Shown here piece after piece: positions 47,169 to 51,778 of a stretch of DNA of 51,778 nt. Source of the stretch: Octopus sinensis (lineage: Eukaryota); assembly GCF_006345805.1 (NCBI RefSeq), contig NW_021835434.1:1-51778 (forward strand). Direction: 5' to 3'. Within the stretch, counting starts at the first letter, position 1, and every line of letters begins with the position of its first letter. A model generated the notes under the pieces. That model was not told the origin of the DNA. It made no database searches and worked only from the letters and a program-made list of their open reading frames with translations. Position numbers and translations under genes: made by a program.

Positions 47169-47394
47169 GGTAACCATGTACTTCCTCTATAGCAAGATAC
47201 CTATTTCTGCCTTTCTATTTCTGTCACACTCTAAACTTTCCTTATTTGATTTGAACCACCTCCTCTAATGTCCACTCTGTTGTGGTAAGACACCTGTTTC
47301 TGTCTCTCTGTGTCTTTGTCTCACTCTGACTTTCCATTCTCTGACACAAATGCCCTGCCCCTCTCATAATTCCTTGTCTTGTGAGTTACTTGGT

Positions 47395-47685
47395 TATCCT
47401 GCCAGTGCTGGTGCCAGGTTAAAATGCATCCAGTTCACACTGTAATGTGGTTGGCATCTGGAAGGGCATCCAGCTGTAAAACTCTTACCAAAACTAACTT
47501 TGCCTGTGCTGGTACCACATAAAAAGCACTGAATCCATTCTGCGGAGTGGTCAGTGTTAGGAAGGGCATCCAGCCATAAAATCCCTGCCAAAACAGACAC
47601 AGTAGCCTTGGGTAGATTTTCTACATTGCTGGCTCCTGTCAACCGTCCTACCCATGTAAGCATGGAAGATGGATGTTAAACTATG
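47395..47685 (+). mobile_element. RTE 3' tail with duplicated GGAAGGGCATCCAGC segment
   Basis: Motif at about 47460 and 47560. Confidence 0.7.
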
Positions 47686-47699
47686 GTGATAATAACAAT

Positions 47700-47845
47700 A
47701 TACAACAAGCTTCTTTCAGTTTCCATTTACCAAGTCCACTCACAAAGCTTTGGTTGGCTCATGGCTATAGTAGAAGACACTTACCCATGGTACCACACAG
47801 AGGGACTGAATCTGGAAGCATGTGGTTGAGAAGCATAATTCTTAC

Positions 47846-47846
<1 letters not shown>
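47700..47846 (-). mobile_element. SINE family A, 5' half
   Basis: GCTTCTTTCAGTTTCC...GCTATAGTAGAAGACAC...GGGACTGAA. Confidence 0.75.
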
Positions 47847-47881
<35 letters not shown>

Positions 47882-48038
47882 GTGTCATAAAAAACTTTTG
47901 GCTCTGGAAATCTTTGGTTGGTAAATTAATACAAGATTTGTCAACTCTCAGTGTTTCCGTAATCAATTTGAAAAAAAAATCCATTGCGCGGGTGATTAGC
48001 CCATTGAACTTCACCAGAGCCCTGTTGGCCAGCTTTAC

Positions 48039-48075
48039 CTGTTTCCATCTCTCATGACAAGGACGAGGGGTTGGG
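48039..48075 (-). CDS. Candidate 37-bp exon, minus strand
   Basis: Acceptor CTTTCTCTGGTTCCTTTTGTCTCTCAAAG, donor CAG|GTAAAG; open as PTPRPCHERWKQ or QPLVLVMRDGN. Confidence 0.3.
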
Positions 48076-48514
48076 CTTTGAGAGACAAAAGGAACCAGAG
48101 AAAGGGGGACATTCATGGCAGAGTATAAGTACAGAGGCGAAAAATTATGCAACATGGAATTCAATTATAAGTGGCCTATACTCCACGTTGGAAGGTTAAA
48201 GGCAGAAAAACACACACACACACATAAAAGAACAAAATAAGAATAAAGAAAATCACATTTTAAATTGTTGTTTACACCATACAATACTGGTGATCGTTTG
48301 TGTTGCTTCAACATATTTAGATACAAAAAAATACATATAAATATTGATTGATTGGTCTTTGACATGGTTGAGCAACCAAGCCAACCAGTTGGGGTTCACT
48401 GCACTGACTGTGCTATTCATGCTTTCAACCACTGAATATAAAACATGGCTCATGAGACATCCTCCGTTCTTGTGGTTTTCCTGAGTCACCATCACACTGT
48501 CGTGTGACAATCTC

Positions 48515-48640
48515 TTGAAGAGTGGACTGGCCCAACATGAAATGAAGTGTTTTGCTCAAGAACCACAATACACTGCCTGGTCTGGGAATTGAAACTGCAA
48601 TCTCATGATCGTGAGTGCAACACCCTGATCACTAGGCCAT
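48515..48640 (-). mobile_element. SINE family C, 5' part
   Basis: GAGTGGACTGG...AAGTGTTTTGCTCAAG...GGAATTGAAAC. Confidence 0.7.
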
Positions 48641-48818
48641 GTGGATTCACTACGTCTGTATGTCTGCCTGTCTGACTATCTATCCATGTATGTATGTATA
48701 TATCTATGTATGTATTTATATATGTATGTATGCATGTATATATGTATGTAGATATCTATCTGTCTGTCTGTCTATTTACCTATCTATCTGTCTGTCTGTC
48801 AGGCTGACTGTCTATCTG

Positions 48819-48905
<87 letters not shown>

Positions 48906-48926
48906 GTCTATCTATCTATCTATCTG

Positions 48927-49141
48927 ATTTCTTTATTGCCCACAAGGGGCCAAACAAGGACAGACAATGGTATTAAGTCGATTACACCGAGCCCAGTGCG
49001 TAACTGGTACTTAATTTATCGACCCTGAAAGGATGAAAGGCAGAGTCGACCTCGGCGGAATTTGAACTCACAACGTAAACACAGACGAAATACCGCTAAG
49101 CATTTCGCCCGGCGTGCTAACGATTCTGCCAGTTCTCCACC
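48927..49141 (-). mobile_element. SINE family B
   Basis: TTTCTTTATTGCCCACAAGG...GCATTTCGCCCGGCGTGCTAACG. Confidence 0.88.
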
Positions 49142-49743
49142 TTATCTATCTCTCTTTATCTATCTTGCTACACACACACACACACACACACAGACACACA
49201 CACACACAAACTCACACACACACATACCGTGGCCTTTGTTCTGTTTCTGTTCATGGCATTTACTCACCATGCGGGCTCTGCTCTGCCCGAGGCTATCAAT
49301 AGAATAAACTCACCCAAGACGCAACTCCTTACCACACAGCCACACCTTCACTATATCAATTACAAAAAAGTCACACGAAAGAGACCAAACTTGTACCGCA
49401 CCTAACCACAAACTCATCGAATCTATTGTAACAACACCAGAACGTAAAACTCCTCATCAAATCGGAACCACGAATAAACAAACCACAGAATGTACTTCGC
49501 ACAAGCAATGTAGCGCATCAAATTTCATTGTAAACACGAAATTTATAAACTTCGTGGTTCAAACAGTTATGTTGGATACACAAGCGTAACCACCTTAAAT
49601 AAAGCTCAACAACCATTCACATCACAATTGCCCAAAATATGTTAAAATGTTACAGAATCTTTCAGCATCCACTCCTCCATACCGTTGCCACCACTACGGG
49701 TAACTCTACCACTGCTTCCACTCAAACACAGTCATATTCTTTA

Positions 49744-50095
49744 CTAGCAGTATCGCCCGGCGTTGCTCGGGTTTGTAAGGGAAATAACTATATAAGCATT
49801 TTTAGAGAGTTATAGCCAAAAAATAGCAAAAAAATGCATTAAAAATGGAAAAAAAAATTATGGTAAATTTTTTTTAAATCGTTGACTCATCGTAGACATT
49901 TTTAGAGAGTTACTTCCCTTATATAATAGCGAAAAAATGCATTAAAATGGAAGAAAACGATGGTAAATTTTTTTTTAAATCGTAGACTCATCGTAGACGC
50001 GCGCTAATACCCAGAAGGGCTCAATATGAATCACGACTATAAGATACCCGCTTTTGGTTAAACTGCACCGCAAAATGTGGGAGTAGTTAGGAATC
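49744..50095 (-). mobile_element. Non-autonomous Helitron, 3' portion
   Basis: Minus-strand end CCCGAGC-AAC-GCCGGG hairpin plus 8 nt plus CTAG|T. Confidence 0.85.
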
Positions 50096-50258
50096 TTTTC
50101 GGTTTGAATGGCAGTTTGTAACATTACAAACTATAGAATTTTCTCAATAAAGCGAAGAGAAAATGATGTTTTATAAACACATTCTACCAGTATACGAAGT
50201 TTAAAATTTTTAGTTACCTAGAAATTATGTTACAAACTGTCGTTCAAACAAAAAAGAT
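50093..50258. mobile_element. MITE with about 31-bp TIRs abutting or interrupting the Helitron
   Basis: ATCTTTTCGGTTTGAATGGCAGTTTGTAACAT versus ATGTTACAAACTGTCGTTCAAACAAAAAAGAT. Confidence 0.75.
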
Positions 50259-50331
50259 CCAAAGATCCAATAGGATCATTACTGCTCTATACTTTAGAGA
50301 GTGCTTCTTTTTCGGATATATGATACATTGA

Positions 50332-50376
<45 letters not shown>

Positions 50377-50387
50377 ATATATATATT

Positions 50388-50422
<35 letters not shown>

Positions 50423-50464
50423 TTAACGTCCGCTTTCCATATATATATATATTATATATATATA

Positions 50465-50853
50465 CTAGCAGTATCGCCCGGCGTTGCTCGGGTTTGTAAG
50501 GGAAATAACTATATAAGCATTTTTAGAGATGTAAAGTATAATAGCCATCTCAATATGGCTAACCACAAAGGGGGGGGGTGTTACTGTAGCTTTTTTTTTA
50601 CGTTCTGAGATTTAATAATACATTTTAGAGTTACTTCCCTTATATATGCCAAAAATGCATTAAAAAATGGGAAAAAATTATGGTAAATTTTTTTTTAAAT
50701 CGTAGACTCATGCTAATACCCAGAAGGGCTCGATATGAATCACGACTATAAGATACCCGGTATTGGTTAAACTGCACCGCAAAATGTGGGAGTAGTTAGG
50801 AATCTAAATTGTAGGAGACAGACAGCACACAACCTCACTTTTATATATAAAGA
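50465..50853 (-). mobile_element. Non-autonomous Helitron, complete
   Basis: Minus strand begins A|TC, ends hairpin-CTAG|T, no TSD; homologous to 49744-50095. Confidence 0.88.
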
Positions 50854-51196
50854 TATATATATATATATTGTTGCTATTATGTAAAACTGTTGTATGTCCA
50901 AATTTGGCGAAATGTGTTTTTTTCAATATTTATTCCTGTTTGCAATAGCCAGTTCTTTTGGTCAAACTATCGTATCTCCAGCTGCTTCAGATGCTAAGAT
51001 ATCAAAAATTGCCAGTGTTATACAATGGCTTTGCTATGGAACGACAAAACTATTTTTTTATTTTTTGAAAACAACATTTTGGACTTACGACACTTTTGCA
51101 TAATAGCTTCGATACACACACATACACACACACACACATATATATATAAATATATACACCCTTTGAATTTGTTTGGGTCAAATGCTTCTATATACA

Positions 51197-51412
51197 TAAG
51201 GCAGCTAGCTGGCAGAATTGGTAGCATGCCAGGCAAAATGCTTAGTTGTCCATCATTATGTTCTGAGTTCAAATTCTACCAATGTCAACTTTGTCATTCA
51301 TCCTTTTAGGATCAATAAAATAAATACCAGTCAGTCGCTGGCATTGATGTAATCAACGCCAGTGATCAACCCTCAAAAATTGCTGGCCTTGTGTCACCAT
51401 TTGAAACCAATA
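51197..51412 (+). mobile_element. SINE family B (diverged)
   Basis: AGGCAGCTAGCTGGCAGAATTGGTAGC...GAGTTCAAATTC...ATCCTTTTAGG. Confidence 0.8.
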
Positions 51413-51459
51413 AATATATATATATACAACTATCTATTTGTCTGTCTGTCTGTCAGTCA

Positions 51460-51493
<34 letters not shown>

Positions 51494-51516
51494 TAATGCA
51501 TCTATCTATCCTTATA

Positions 51517-51778
51517 TATTGGGTCATCCCATAAATAATGTTATATTCTTAGTGCAAGTTGTGAAGAGTGCAGTTCAGTTCGATTTTAACAGTTATTTTT
51601 TCAAAGCTATAATGGAAGTGACATATTTGGTATATTTTGCTTTATGAGCAAAGTATACCAAATATTTTGCTGATAATAAAGGCAACAACACAACAGAAGT
51701 GTGAAGAATATTAATGTAGTATATGGGGATCAGACAATAAGCAGAAGCCAATGTCAACAGTGGTTCCAGAAATTCCAA
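51517..51778 (+). mobile_element. Mariner-family transposon 5' end with decayed HTH, truncated by the window edge
   Basis: TA|TTGGGTCATCCCATAAATAATG TIR-like start; MEVT..ILLYE..NKGNNTTE..KNINVVYGDQTISRSQCQQWFQKF. Confidence 0.85.

Overview
AT-rich, repeat-saturated animal nuclear DNA, most likely an Octopus (coleoid cephalopod) genome. This is inferred from a mollusc-type mitochondrial ND1 insertion, octopus-style tRNA/CORE SINEs and very dense microsatellites. No long intact protein-coding ORF is present; nearly all long ORFs in the track are translated simple repeats. The window contains three SINE families, RTE LINE fragments and their 3' tails, decayed R4/Dong-type LINEs sitting in (AAT)n arrays, Penelope-like repeats with minimal hammerhead-ribozyme motifs, piggyBac-type and mariner MITEs, two non-autonomous Helitrons, and several palindromes and minisatellites. 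There is also an ND1 NUMT split by a SINE, and a tentative chain of short, phase-compatible + strand exons (8.2-18.2 kb) of an unidentified gene. I did not find a convincing new multi-gene system. The best leads are the hammerhead-like motifs, the NUMT, the (AAT)n landing-pad cluster and a triplet-phased GGT higher-order repeat. Repeat boundaries are approximate and no database searches were run.
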